Below, piece after piece: positions 51,932-61,565 of a stretch of DNA of 64,000 bases (the stretch's first letter is position 1; the number at the start of each line of letters is the position of its first letter). The notes under the pieces are model-generated. The model searched no databases and was not told where the DNA came from. It saw nothing but the letters and a program-made list of their open reading frames with translations. The DNA is from Vicinamibacterales bacterium. GTDB taxonomy: Bacteria > Acidobacteriota > Vicinamibacteria > Vicinamibacterales > UBA2999. The DNA lies in contig DASYQV010000020.1 in NCBI GenBank assembly GCA_036005125.1, positions 8,492-72,491 of the forward strand, given 5' to 3'. The position numbers and the translations under genes were made by a program.

Positions 51932-51982
51932 CTGGGGTCTTACTCCATCTAGGCGACTCTCAAATTTATCACACGCCAGCGG

Positions 51983-53344
51983 TTAGGACAATGGACGGGC
52001 CACGAGATCGTAGGCCCGGCTGCCCGTCACCTCCACCTCGACGAACTGCCCGGGCGAGAGGGACTCAGGGTCGCACTCGGTCAAGTACACCATCGGGTCG
52101 ATGTCGGGAGCCTGACCCGACAGCCGGCCCCGGAGAACCAGCTCATGCTCGGCGGAGGGGCCGTCGACCAGGAGCCTGACCCGCTGGCCGATGCGGCGCC
52201 GTTGTGCCCGGGTGACGATGCGGCGCTGGGTGGCCATCAAACTCGACTGACGCCGGCGCTTGGTCTGCGGCGGGACGTCGTCTGGAAGCTCAAAGGCCGT
52301 GGTGCCGTCCTCGTGCGAATAGGTAAATACGCCGACATGGTCGAACTCGACCGCGCGGACGAAGGCCTCGAGCGCCGCGAAGTCGTCCCGGCTCTCTCCT
52401 GGAAACCCGACGATGAACGTGGTGCGGAGCGTGACGCCCGGCAGGCGCCTCCGGATACGGTCGAGGAGCCTCTCGTAGCTCGCGCGCGTCCCGGGCCGTT
52501 TCATCCGCTGAAGGACCCGGTCGGAGGCATGCTGCAGCGGCAGGTCGATGTACTTGCAGACCTTCTCACTGTCGGCCATGGCGTCGAGCAGGTCGTCGCC
52601 GATCGTCGTGGGATAGAGATAAAGGAGACGGATCCATTCGAGGCCATCGACGAGGTTCAACTCGCGGAGCAGGCGTGCCAGAGCGCCCCGTTCGTGACGA
52701 TCGACCCCGTAAAAGCTCGTGTCCTGTGAAATCAGGAGCAGCTCCTTCACGCCGCGCTCCGCGAGCGTGCGCGCTTCGCGCAGGATGGAGTCGATCGGGC
52801 GGCTGCGGTAATGGCCGCGCAGCGTGGGAATGATGCAGAAGGCGCACTTGTAGTCGCAGCCTTCGGCAATCTTCACGTAGGCGTAATGCCGCGGCGTCGC
52901 GAGCAACCGGGGCGTCTCCGCGTCGTAGATGTAGGTCGGCAACGCTCGGGCTCCGACAGGCTCGCCATTCGATCGCAGCAGCGGTATCAATCTCGGCGAC
53001 CCGCCGCCAAGCGCGTCCACGATCTGCTCGACCTCGCCGGTGCCGAGCACGGCGTCGATCTCCGGGATCTGCGCGCGCAGCTCGTCGCGGTAGCGCTCGG
53101 CCATGCAGCCGGTCACCACGAGCCTCCGGCACGCGCCGGTCTTCTTGTGCTCGGCCATCTCGAGGATGGTGTCGATCGACTCCTGCTTGGCCTTGTCGAT
53201 GAACGCGCAGGTGTTGACGACGAGCACGTCGGCGTCGTCCGCGTCGCGCGTGAGCTCGTGCCCGGCCCGTTGCGCGAGGCCCAGCATCACCTCGGAGTCG
53301 ACGAGATTCTTCGGGCAGCCGAGCGAGATGAGGCCTATTTTCAT
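51983..53344 (-). CDS. rimO: ribosomal protein S12 methylthiotransferase RimO
   Basis: N-terminal MTTase domain (ISLGCPKN), a radical-SAM motif CDYKCAFC and a C-terminal TRAM domain. Confidence 0.92.
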   Translation of the reverse strand: MKIGLISLGCPKNLVDSEVMLGLAQRAGHELTRDADDADVLVVNTCAFIDKAKQESIDTILEMAEHKKTGACRRLVVTGCMAERYRDELRAQIPEIDAVLGTGEVEQIVDALGGGSPRLIPLLRSNGEPVGARALPTYIYDAETPRLLATPRHYAYVKIAEGCDYKCAFCIIPTLRGHYRSRPIDSILREARTLAERGVKELLLISQDTSFYGVDRHERGALARLLRELNLVDGLEWIRLLYLYPTTIGDDLLDAMADSEKVCKYIDLPLQHASDRVLQRMKRPGTRASYERLLDRIRRRLPGVTLRTTFIVGFPGESRDDFAALEAFVRAVEFDHVGVFTYSHEDGTTAFELPDDVPPQTKRRRQSSLMATQRRIVTRAQRRRIGQRVRLLVDGPSAEHELVLRGRLSGQAPDIDPMVYLTECDPESLSPGQFVEVEVTGSRAYDLVARPLS

Positions 53345-53468
53345 CTGCGATTCGTGATTGGTGATTTGTGATTGGATTGTGATTTGTGATTGGTGATTCG
53401 TGATTCCAATTCGTGATCGAACCTGAACAAAAATCGCAAATCGCCAATCGCAAAATCACAAATCCCGA

Positions 53469-53474
<6 letters not shown>
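53345..53474. repeat. word-hairpin (word GATTNGT / ACNAATC)
   Basis: ctgcgattcgtgattggtgatttgtgattggattgtgatttgtgattggtgattcgtgattccaattcgtgatcg - loop - aatcgcaaatcgccaatcgcaaaatcacaaatcccgatcacgg. Confidence 0.85.
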
Positions 53475-54761
<1,287 letters not shown>

Positions 54762-54766
54762 AGCGG

Positions 54767-55690
54767 TCAGAAGGTCACGAACATTTTCTCGAGCCGTTCG
54801 CGGGCGGCCGCGGCCCGGCTCAGCACCTCGATCGGATTGCCGGTATCCGCCACCTCGAACATGAGCGGTCCGTCGTAGCCGATCTTCTGAGTTGCCATCA
54901 TCGCGACATCCCAGTCGATCGATCCCGCGAACGGAACGAGGTGCTCGTCGCGCGCGCGCCGGTTGTCGTGCACGTGCGTGGAGAGCACATGTCCAGATAT
55001 CGTTTCCACGGCCTCGGCGAGATCGCCGAGCAGGTGCGCGTGGCCGTAGTCGAGGCACACGCCGGCGTCCACCCCTTCCAACTCGTCCTCGATCAGCCTC
55101 GTGAGCGCGAGGGGGGTGCAAAGCGCGTTGGGAATCACCTCCAGCGCGACGCGGACGCCAACCGCTGCCGCAAGCGATGCGATCTCCTCGACGCTCCGCC
55201 GCGCCGCCGCAGGATGGTTATCGCTTGCCGGCGGCCGCTCCGCGTCCGGGATCCCGAGGTGCACGACCAGATAGCGATAGGGCACGATACGCGCCACCTC
55301 CAGCGCGGCGTGCGTTTCCTCGATCGCTGCCTTCCGACGCGTCTCATCACCCGAGGCGTTCGAGAAAGGCCCGACCCATTGGCCACGCTTCATTGCCTCG
55401 ACGATTGGCGCGTGCATCGAATGGAACTCCAGCCGGGTGTCCGCCAGCCACTCGCCCAGCTCGCGGATGGCGGCAGCGTCGCGGTAGTCGAAATGTGAGC
55501 GTGTCGCGAAGACCTCCACCGCCTCGAACCCGTGCGCCGCGATGTCCACCAGGTGCTCGCGGACGAGCCGGTGGTCGTGGAAGAGATGCGTGGAAATGCC
55601 GAAGCGCCGATCGCTCAACTGGTCCTCTGGGAGCAGGCCAATTGAGCATTCTAGCAGGTCGAGCTCCGGGCTCCGGATCGCGGCCGGCAC
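54767..55690 (-). CDS. sugar phosphate isomerase/epimerase (xylose isomerase-like TIM barrel)
   Basis: AP-endonuclease-2/TIM-barrel pattern: ...GFEAVEVF..., ...YLVVHLG..., ...LALEVIPN..., ...HVHDN.... The start codon is uncertain. Confidence 0.7.
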   Translation of the reverse strand: MPAAIRSPELDLLECSIGLLPEDQLSDRRFGISTHLFHDHRLVREHLVDIAAHGFEAVEVFATRSHFDYRDAAAIRELGEWLADTRLEFHSMHAPIVEAMKRGQWVGPFSNASGDETRRKAAIEETHAALEVARIVPYRYLVVHLGIPDAERPPASDNHPAAARRSVEEIASLAAAVGVRVALEVIPNALCTPLALTRLIEDELEGVDAGVCLDYGHAHLLGDLAEAVETISGHVLSTHVHDNRRARDEHLVPFAGSIDWDVAMMATQKIGYDGPLMFEVADTGNPIEVLSRAAAARERLEKMFVTF

Positions 55691-55704
55691 TGGGCCGCGT
55701 CGAT

Positions 55705-55724
55705 GGGGCCTACGACCCAGGGGG
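55705..55724. repeat. REP tail remnant
   Basis: ggggcctacgacccaggggg matches the ...GCGGCCTACGACCCARRG tails at 15465-15482 and 61512-61529. Confidence 0.5.
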
Positions 55725-55738
55725 TGTCCGCCTCCGGA

Positions 55739-56779
55739 TCAGTTCAGCTCTTCGAGGTGCTCCCCCAGCAGAGCGCGTAACGCCGAGAAGCGAGGGTACT
55801 TCGCGAGATTGGCCCGCACGTAGCTGAGCGTTCGGGGAATGTACTGGATGTAGACGGGGTTGCCTCGCGACGTGGTCTGGAAGCCGAATGTGCCGAGGGC
55901 CTTGAGGTTGCGCTGCAGGGCCATCATGTCGAAGCGGCGCCGGAATTCCTGGTGGTCGGCCGCGCTGTCCGACCTGCCGGTGTAGGCGCCGCGCATCGCC
56001 AGGAAGAACGCGATGAGCTCCTCGACCTGCGCCTCGGTGAAGTCCGCGTAAGAATCGCGGAGCAGCGAGACGAGATCGTAGGTGTCGGGTCCAAGCCGCG
56101 CGTCCTGGAAGTCGATGATGTACAGGCTTCCATCGTGCAGCATCAGGTTGCGGCTGTGGTAGTCGCGATGACAGAGCACCCGCGGCTCGGCTGCGAGCTC
56201 CTCGACGATGCTGGAGTATTCGCGCGCCAGCGCCTCGCGCTCGGCGTCCGACAGCGTGACGCCGCGATAGGCTTCGAGAAAGTGCTTGGTGAAGAACTGG
56301 AGCTCCCAGCTGAGTTTCTCGACGTCGAACGCGACGCCATACGGGACGTATTCATGCGAAGCGAGCTCCGCACCGCGGCGCTGCAGCACCTCGATGAAGC
56401 TGACCGCCTGCCGGTAGAGCGCAGCATGCTCGGCGGGTGAGGCCGTGCCGAGATGTGCTTGAAGCGTGACGTCCCCGAGGTCCTGGAGCGCGATGATGCC
56501 GAGCGCGTCCGAGTGCGCCAGAACCCGCGGCACCGGCACCGGCATCTGCTGCAGCAGACGTCCGACGTTGACGAAGGGGAGCTTGTCGAACTCGATGGCG
56601 GTCGTGTGCAGCGCGAGCACCTGCGACGGTCCGTTGCGCACCAGCACGCGGAAGTAGCGGCGGTCCGAAGCGTCGCCGGTGAGCGGCAGGATTTTCGCCC
56701 GCTCGAGGAGACCCGTCTCGCCTAGAAACTGATTGAGCCGCTTGCGCGCGTCGTCAGGGTGGCGACGGTCTGAGATCAT
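55739..56779 (-). CDS. APH-fold phosphotransferase (AmgK-like sugar kinase candidate)
   Basis: Kinase motifs are LCHRDYHSRNLM and IIDFQDARLGP. The ATG at 56779 is preferred over the one at 56797, which lies inside a REP hairpin. Confidence 0.65.
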   Translation of the reverse strand: MISDRRHPDDARKRLNQFLGETGLLERAKILPLTGDASDRRYFRVLVRNGPSQVLALHTTAIEFDKLPFVNVGRLLQQMPVPVPRVLAHSDALGIIALQDLGDVTLQAHLGTASPAEHAALYRQAVSFIEVLQRRGAELASHEYVPYGVAFDVEKLSWELQFFTKHFLEAYRGVTLSDAEREALAREYSSIVEELAAEPRVLCHRDYHSRNLMLHDGSLYIIDFQDARLGPDTYDLVSLLRDSYADFTEAQVEELIAFFLAMRGAYTGRSDSAADHQEFRRRFDMMALQRNLKALGTFGFQTTSRGNPVYIQYIPRTLSYVRANLAKYPRFSALRALLGEHLEELN

Positions 56780-56790
56780 GGTTTTCGGAG

Positions 56791-56878
56791 GTCGCATCTT
56801 TAGATGCGGCGCGCGCCGGGTCTAAACCCGGATTCATCACGAATCAAGGAATTGAGGGTCTACGAGACCCGGCCTACG
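56791..56878. repeat. REP cluster with an embedded GATTCAT-type word
   Basis: gtcGCATCTTTAGATGCggc-gcgcg-CCGGGTCTAAACCCGG-attcatcacgaatcaaggaattga-GGGTCTACGAGACCCGGCCTAC. Confidence 0.8.
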
Positions 56879-57830
56879 TACTCATCGGCGCGACCGCCAG
56901 CCCGTGGCGGATGCTTTCTTTCGGTTCGAGATCGCCCGTTGGAACGCGAATCGTGAGATCGGACCAGTCGGTGCCCGATGGAATCCGCACCCCATCCGCC
57001 ACGACGCAGCGCTCCACGCGGGCGCCTGCGCCAACAGCTACATCGTCCCACAGAACCGTATCGGTGAGCCGCGCCGATGACTCGACGCGCGTGCCTCGGC
57101 CCGCCGAAACTGACGGCCGTCCTTCGCGCGCGGCGAGCCGCAGCGACGTCTGCAGGTAGTCAGCCGGCGTGCCGATGTCGAGGAACTCAGCCGTCTCCGA
57201 GATGAACGCGCGAATGGAGCCCGGCCGACTACGAATCAACTCGGGATACAACGTGCGGACCGACTCGTGCGGCGTGTGATCCGGCAGCGATTCGAACGCG
57301 GTGCTCTGTGCCACCTGAACACCGATGAAGTGATACGACCGCTCGCCGGCCCCGCGGCGCGTAAAGGCGGTTACCGCGCCATTGCCGTCGACGAGCGCCC
57401 CGCCGTACTTGTCCGGTTCCGTATTCGGCACGAGCGCCATGGTGACGAGAGCGCCCGACGCCCGATGCGCTTCGAGCACCTCGGCGACGTTGACATCGGT
57501 GAGCGTGTCCCCGTTCACGATGAGGAACTCGCCGGACCCCAGCAGCGGCAGCGCGTGCCGCGGACCACCGGCCGATCCGAGCACCGGTGTCTCCCATGAG
57601 TATCGGACGCGGACACCAAGTCCGGCGCCGTCGCCGATGAGTCCGGTGATCGTTTCGGGAAGATGGTGCAGATTGAGCACGAACTCTTCGACGCCTGCCG
57701 CGGCAAGCCAGCGCAGGATCCGCTCGACGAGCGGCTCGCCGGCAACCGGCAGGGCAGCTTTGGCGCGAACGCGTGAAAGCGGTCGGAGCCGCGTGGCAAG
57801 ACCGGCGGTCAGCACGAGCGCGGGGATCAT
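56874..57830 (-). CDS. sugar-phosphate nucleotidyltransferase with C-terminal left-handed beta-helix
   Basis: N-terminal motif LTAGLATRLRPLS (as in G-x-G-T-R-L-x-P-L-T NTP transferases) and C-terminal hexapeptide-like repeats. The ATG overlaps the CYTH stop (ATGA). Confidence 0.72.
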   Translation of the reverse strand: MIPALVLTAGLATRLRPLSRVRAKAALPVAGEPLVERILRWLAAAGVEEFVLNLHHLPETITGLIGDGAGLGVRVRYSWETPVLGSAGGPRHALPLLGSGEFLIVNGDTLTDVNVAEVLEAHRASGALVTMALVPNTEPDKYGGALVDGNGAVTAFTRRGAGERSYHFIGVQVAQSTAFESLPDHTPHESVRTLYPELIRSRPGSIRAFISETAEFLDIGTPADYLQTSLRLAAREGRPSVSAGRGTRVESSARLTDTVLWDDVAVGAGARVERCVVADGVRIPSGTDWSDLTIRVPTGDLEPKESIRHGLAVAPMST

Positions 57831-58384
57831 TCAGCGTCGAAGAGCATGTCGTTTGCGGTGAGGCCGTTCCGTTCCCGGTGCGCGATGAAGAGCCCGCGGT
57901 AGGAATCGAGGATGAAATCTGCGGGCAACCGTCCGAGCGCCTGCGTCATGCTGAGAATGCCGCGCTCGCCCCCTTCGATCTCGACATAGGTGCCAAGCGG
58001 TGTCTCGTCGAGCGCGATCGTCACCTCCTCGGCCGCGTATTCCTCTCGATATTTCTCGTATCGGAACCACACGTGCAGCCCGAGCTCCTGCAGGACGCGG
58101 AGCAGCACGGTGCCATCGGCCACGATCGTTTCGTACTCCTCGCGCAGCTTCATGCTCGACGGCTGGACCGGCCCCTTGAACGTGAGCAGGCTCTTCCCCG
58201 ATTCGATCCGCACGCGCAGCACGCAGCGGCGGCGGCGCAGCAGCTCGTCCTCGGTATCGAGCAGCGCGTCCTCCTGCAGACGACGGCTGCGGAGCGGCGT
58301 GGCGCCCGCGGCCAGAATCGCCCGCCGGGCCTCGTCGGGACTGTCGAACCGGAGCTTGACTTCGCGCTCGAGCATCAGCGCCAT
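57827..58384 (-). CDS. CYTH-domain protein (class IV adenylate cyclase / triphosphate tunnel metalloenzyme)
   Basis: The ATG at 58384 gives MALMLEREVKLRF with the ExExK signature. It is about 185 aa. Longer ORF starts lie in the upstream hairpin. Confidence 0.72.
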   Translation of the reverse strand: MALMLEREVKLRFDSPDEARRAILAAGATPLRSRRLQEDALLDTEDELLRRRRCVLRVRIESGKSLLTFKGPVQPSSMKLREEYETIVADGTVLLRVLQELGLHVWFRYEKYREEYAAEEVTIALDETPLGTYVEIEGGERGILSMTQALGRLPADFILDSYRGLFIAHRERNGLTANDMLFDAE

Positions 58385-58402
58385 TTCGGCCTCCGCGGCC
58401 TT

Positions 58403-58495
58403 GTGATTCATGATTCTTGATTCATGATTCACGATTTCGCGGTGACGGCGAGGCAGCCCAATCCAGAATCATGAATCCTGAATCATGAATGAATT
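58403..58495. repeat. word-hairpin (word GATTCWT / AWGAATC)
   Basis: gtgattcatgattcttgattcatgattcacgatt - loop - aatccagaatcatgaatcctgaatcatgaatgaatt. Confidence 0.85.
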
Positions 58496-58510
58496 GCGGG
58501 GGCATGGCAA

Positions 58511-59689
58511 TCACGTTAACCGGGATGGTCCCGACAACCCTCGAAGCGGGGCGCCCTGGACCTGCTTGCCGAACACCAGAACCTTGTGCGTGCTGCCAAG
58601 GCCGCCGGGCAGGATCAGCGTCTTGAGCGCCAACCTGCGGCGAGTGGCGGCAACCGACGACCCGACCGTCGCCAGCTCGTCGGCCAGACCGAGCGCCAGC
58701 AGAAAGTAGCCCTGGTCGAGCACGCCGAGCGTCGTGCACCCGAATTGCTCTGCAGCGCGTTGCACCGATGTGAGGTCCACGTGCGACGTGATGTCGCGCG
58801 TGCCAGGCTCTTCGAGCCATGCTGGTCCCTCCGCGGATGGATTGGCCACATGGCGCGCGAACGTCGTCAACGTGCCGCCTGCGTGCGTGGCGGAGTAGAT
58901 CTCCTCGGCAGCGTGACCGTAGTCGACGAGCAGCAGAAAGCCTCGATGAAGAGCGCGGCACGCGCGAGCCGTCCATGCGAGAGCCGCCAGGTTGATCTCC
59001 GCGCGCCATCCAGGCCGCAGGGCCACGTTCGCTGCGCGAAGGTATTCCTCGAGCGCCTGCGTCGACGGCTGACCGACGCGTTCGACGAGTCGATCGCCGT
59101 CCAGATCGACGTAGTGCTCGCGCAGACCGTGCCCGGTCATCACGACGCTGTGGACCGGCAGCGCGTCGAGCAACTCGTTGGCGTAGATGACGCCGTGGAC
59201 GGCATCGGGAAGTGTCACGCCGGAGCTTGCGACCTTCGCCGCGTGCGGTGCGAGCATCTCCTGCTGTGCGGCGCGCGCAACCGGACTGGCATCCACCAGA
59301 TGAAGGCGAATGGCCGAGTAGAACTCCGGATCCGTCGCGCGAGCCGCGTCGAGCACGTCGCGCGCCAGCTGGCCGTTGGAGGCACCCGCCTCGACGAGAT
59401 CGATGCCCTCTCCGCTCAGGACAGCCGTCCCGTCGGGCTCGAGCCGCCGCCACATTTCCGCGAACTGTCTCGCGAGCATCGCGCCGAAGGCGGGCCCGAC
59501 GTCGACGCTGGTGAAGAAATCGCCGTTGCGCCCGGTGCGCCGCGCGGCGCGCGCGTAGTAGCCGTGCTCGGGATGATAGAGCGCGATCGACATGAACTCG
59601 GCCACCGTGAGGGGACCGCGTTCACGGATGCGCTGGACGATCAGATCTCGGGCGGTCACGAAAGAAAGAGGTGCGGCGGGAGGCTCCAT
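58511..59689 (-). CDS. class I SAM-dependent methyltransferase, MidA/DUF185 (NDUFAF7-like) family
   Basis: 392 aa containing ...HPEHGYYA...GDFFTS...LVEAGASNGQLARD...ANELLDALP.... Confidence 0.75.
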   Translation of the reverse strand: MEPPAAPLSFVTARDLIVQRIRERGPLTVAEFMSIALYHPEHGYYARAARRTGRNGDFFTSVDVGPAFGAMLARQFAEMWRRLEPDGTAVLSGEGIDLVEAGASNGQLARDVLDAARATDPEFYSAIRLHLVDASPVARAAQQEMLAPHAAKVASSGVTLPDAVHGVIYANELLDALPVHSVVMTGHGLREHYVDLDGDRLVERVGQPSTQALEEYLRAANVALRPGWRAEINLAALAWTARACRALHRGFLLLVDYGHAAEEIYSATHAGGTLTTFARHVANPSAEGPAWLEEPGTRDITSHVDLTSVQRAAEQFGCTTLGVLDQGYFLLALGLADELATVGSSVAATRRRLALKTLILPGGLGSTHKVLVFGKQVQGAPLRGLSGPSRLT

Positions 59690-59832
59690 TTGATCATCGG
59701 GCTATATCAGATTTGATCATCGATTGGTTCATCGCCACAGTTGATCAGCGGCGATTTGATCAGCGATCGATGACTCAATCGTCAGATGATCAGATTCAAT
59801 GATCAAATCTGCTATAGCCGATGTTCAAATGT
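59687..59832. repeat. TGATCA-rich inverted repeat element
   Basis: The terminal inverted repeat of about 37 nt is catttgatcatcgggctatatcagatttgatcat against atgatcaaatctgctatagccgatgttcaaatg. Six TGATCA hexamers lie within 146 bp. Confidence 0.85.
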
Positions 59833-59838
59833 ACCCGT

Positions 59839-61410
59839 CTACTCCTTCCTGACGGTGAGGAAGGTCTCCTGGCCGCCGCGCTGCACCAGCAGGAACGCGG
59901 TGCTTCCCGACGCCACCTTGGAGAGTTCCCGGCTCGCTTCGGCGGCCGAGCTCACCGGGTGGCGATTGACCTGGACGATCACGTCGCCCGGCGTGATACC
60001 CGCGCGGGCAGCGGTGCTTTGCGGCTCGACTTCCACGACCACCGCGCCTCGCGTGCTCGGATCGAGACGCAGGCGGCGAGCTACGTCCGGGGTCACGTTG
60101 CTGAGCGTGATGCCGAAGCCGCTGCTGGTGTCCTGATCCTGATCGCCGGGCTGGTTCCGCGACGACCGATTGGCCTCCTGCTCGAGATCGAGCTCGTCCA
60201 CGGTGACGTTCAGCGTGCGCTCCTGCTTGTCACGAAGCACCCGGATGGGCACCGTCGTGCCGGGCCTGGTCGCGACCACCATCTGCACCAGCTGATCGCG
60301 GTTCGCCACGGGCTTGCCGTTGAACGCCAGGATCACATCGCCAGGCTGGACGCCAGCTCTCGCCGCCGCACTGCCCGAAACCACCGTGGCGACGAGAGCG
60401 CCTTTACGCTCCTTGAGGCCGAACTCGTCGAGCGCGTCCGCCGGGATGATACCGACCGACACGCCAATCTTGCCGCGCGTGATCTTGCCCGAGCGAAGCT
60501 GGGGGAGCAGCTCGCGGACGGTGTTGATTGGAATGGCGAACCCGATGCCGATGTTGCCCGATTGACGCGCGTCGCTGTAGATAGCGGTATTGATCCCAAT
60601 CACCTCGCCGCGTACGTTCAGCAGCGGCCCGCCTGAGTTGCCCGGGTTGATCGCGGCGTCGGTCTGCAGCACCTGCGCGCTGCGTCCTTCGGACACGGGG
60701 AACGGACGCTCCAGCGCGCTGATGACCCCGACGCTCACGGTGTGCGCGAGGCCGAACGGGTTGCCGATCGCCATCACCCAGTCGCCGGGCTGCATCACGC
60801 TCGAGTCGCCGAACTTTGCCTCGGGCAGCGTGTGCTTCGGCTTCTCCGTCAACTGAATGAGGGCGCTGTCGGTGAGCGGGTCGCGGCCGACGACCTTTGC
60901 GTCATAGGTCTGGTCGGGGTCCTCGCCGTACAGCGACACCTGGATCTTGGTCGCGCCCTCGACGACGTGGTTGTTGGTCAGGATGAAGCCGGCCTTGTCG
61001 ATGATGAAGCCGGTGCCGGCCGCCACCGCCACCTGCTCGCGCGGGCGGCCGCGGCGCTGCTGCCCCTGCCCTTGCCCCTGCCCCTGCCCCTGTCCCTGCC
61101 CCTGCGGGTCACCGAAGAAGCGATGGAACAGATCGTCGCCGCCTCCGAAGAACTCGGTGAGATCCTGCATCCGCTGGCGGGACTCGGTGCGGATGTTCAC
61201 AACAGCCGGAGACGCGGCTTTCGCGATATCGCGGAACGTCGTCGCGGACAGCGGGCCGGTAATGGGCGCGCTGTTCATCGGCGGCGCGTTGACCGACTGG
61301 GCCGCTGTCGGCGGCGACAGATCGAGTCTCGACGCGATTACCATCCCGACGGCCAGCGATGCGATGGCAATCAGCAGCGCATAGAACAGCGTGGTCTTGC
61401 GATTGTGCAT
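59839..61410 (-). CDS. htrA: HtrA/DegP-family periplasmic serine protease with two PDZ domains
   Basis: N-terminal anchor and catalytic triad contexts TNNHVV, D, GNSGGPLL. There are two PDZ domains and a (QG)n LA-loop. Confidence 0.92.
   Translation of the reverse strand: MHNRKTTLFYALLIAIASLAVGMVIASRLDLSPPTAAQSVNAPPMNSAPITGPLSATTFRDIAKAASPAVVNIRTESRQRMQDLTEFFGGGDDLFHRFFGDPQGQGQGQGQGQGQGQQRRGRPREQVAVAAGTGFIIDKAGFILTNNHVVEGATKIQVSLYGEDPDQTYDAKVVGRDPLTDSALIQLTEKPKHTLPEAKFGDSSVMQPGDWVMAIGNPFGLAHTVSVGVISALERPFPVSEGRSAQVLQTDAAINPGNSGGPLLNVRGEVIGINTAIYSDARQSGNIGIGFAIPINTVRELLPQLRSGKITRGKIGVSVGIIPADALDEFGLKERKGALVATVVSGSAAARAGVQPGDVILAFNGKPVANRDQLVQMVVATRPGTTVPIRVLRDKQERTLNVTVDELDLEQEANRSSRNQPGDQDQDTSSGFGITLSNVTPDVARRLRLDPSTRGAVVVEVEPQSTAARAGITPGDVIVQVNRHPVSSAAEASRELSKVASGSTAFLLVQRGGQETFLTVRKE
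61058..61106. repeat. hexanucleotide microsatellite (TGCCCC)n inside htrA
   Basis: ctgcccctgcccttgcccctgcccctgcccctgtccctgcccctg encodes QGQGQGQGQGQGQGQ on the minus strand. Confidence 0.9.
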
Positions 61411-61467
61411 GGTGCCTCCAACTCGACCTGAGGACCGCGGTACCCGCGGCTACATCAGCCAACGTAC

Positions 61468-61520
61468 GTAGGCCGGGTCTTCAGACCCGGCACCGCGCCG
61501 CATCTGAAGATGCGGCCTAC
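61468..61520. repeat. REP doublet (P-type + Q-type, heads outward)
   Basis: GTAGGCCGGGTCTTCAGACCCGGC-accgc-GCCGCATCTGAAGATGCGGCCTAC. Confidence 0.9.
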
Positions 61521-61565
61521 GACCCAAAGATGTGGGCGCGAATCTCTGACCCGCGCCGTTCGTGT

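Noticed and set aside
59687-59832. A replication origin, suggested by the cluster of GATC-containing TGATCA hexamers.
   Set aside because: I found no DnaA-box-like 9-mers (TTATCCACA/TGTGGATAA), no AT-rich unwinding repeats and no dnaA/dnaN/gyrB neighbourhood. The element has the same inverted-repeat architecture as the other spacer hairpins.
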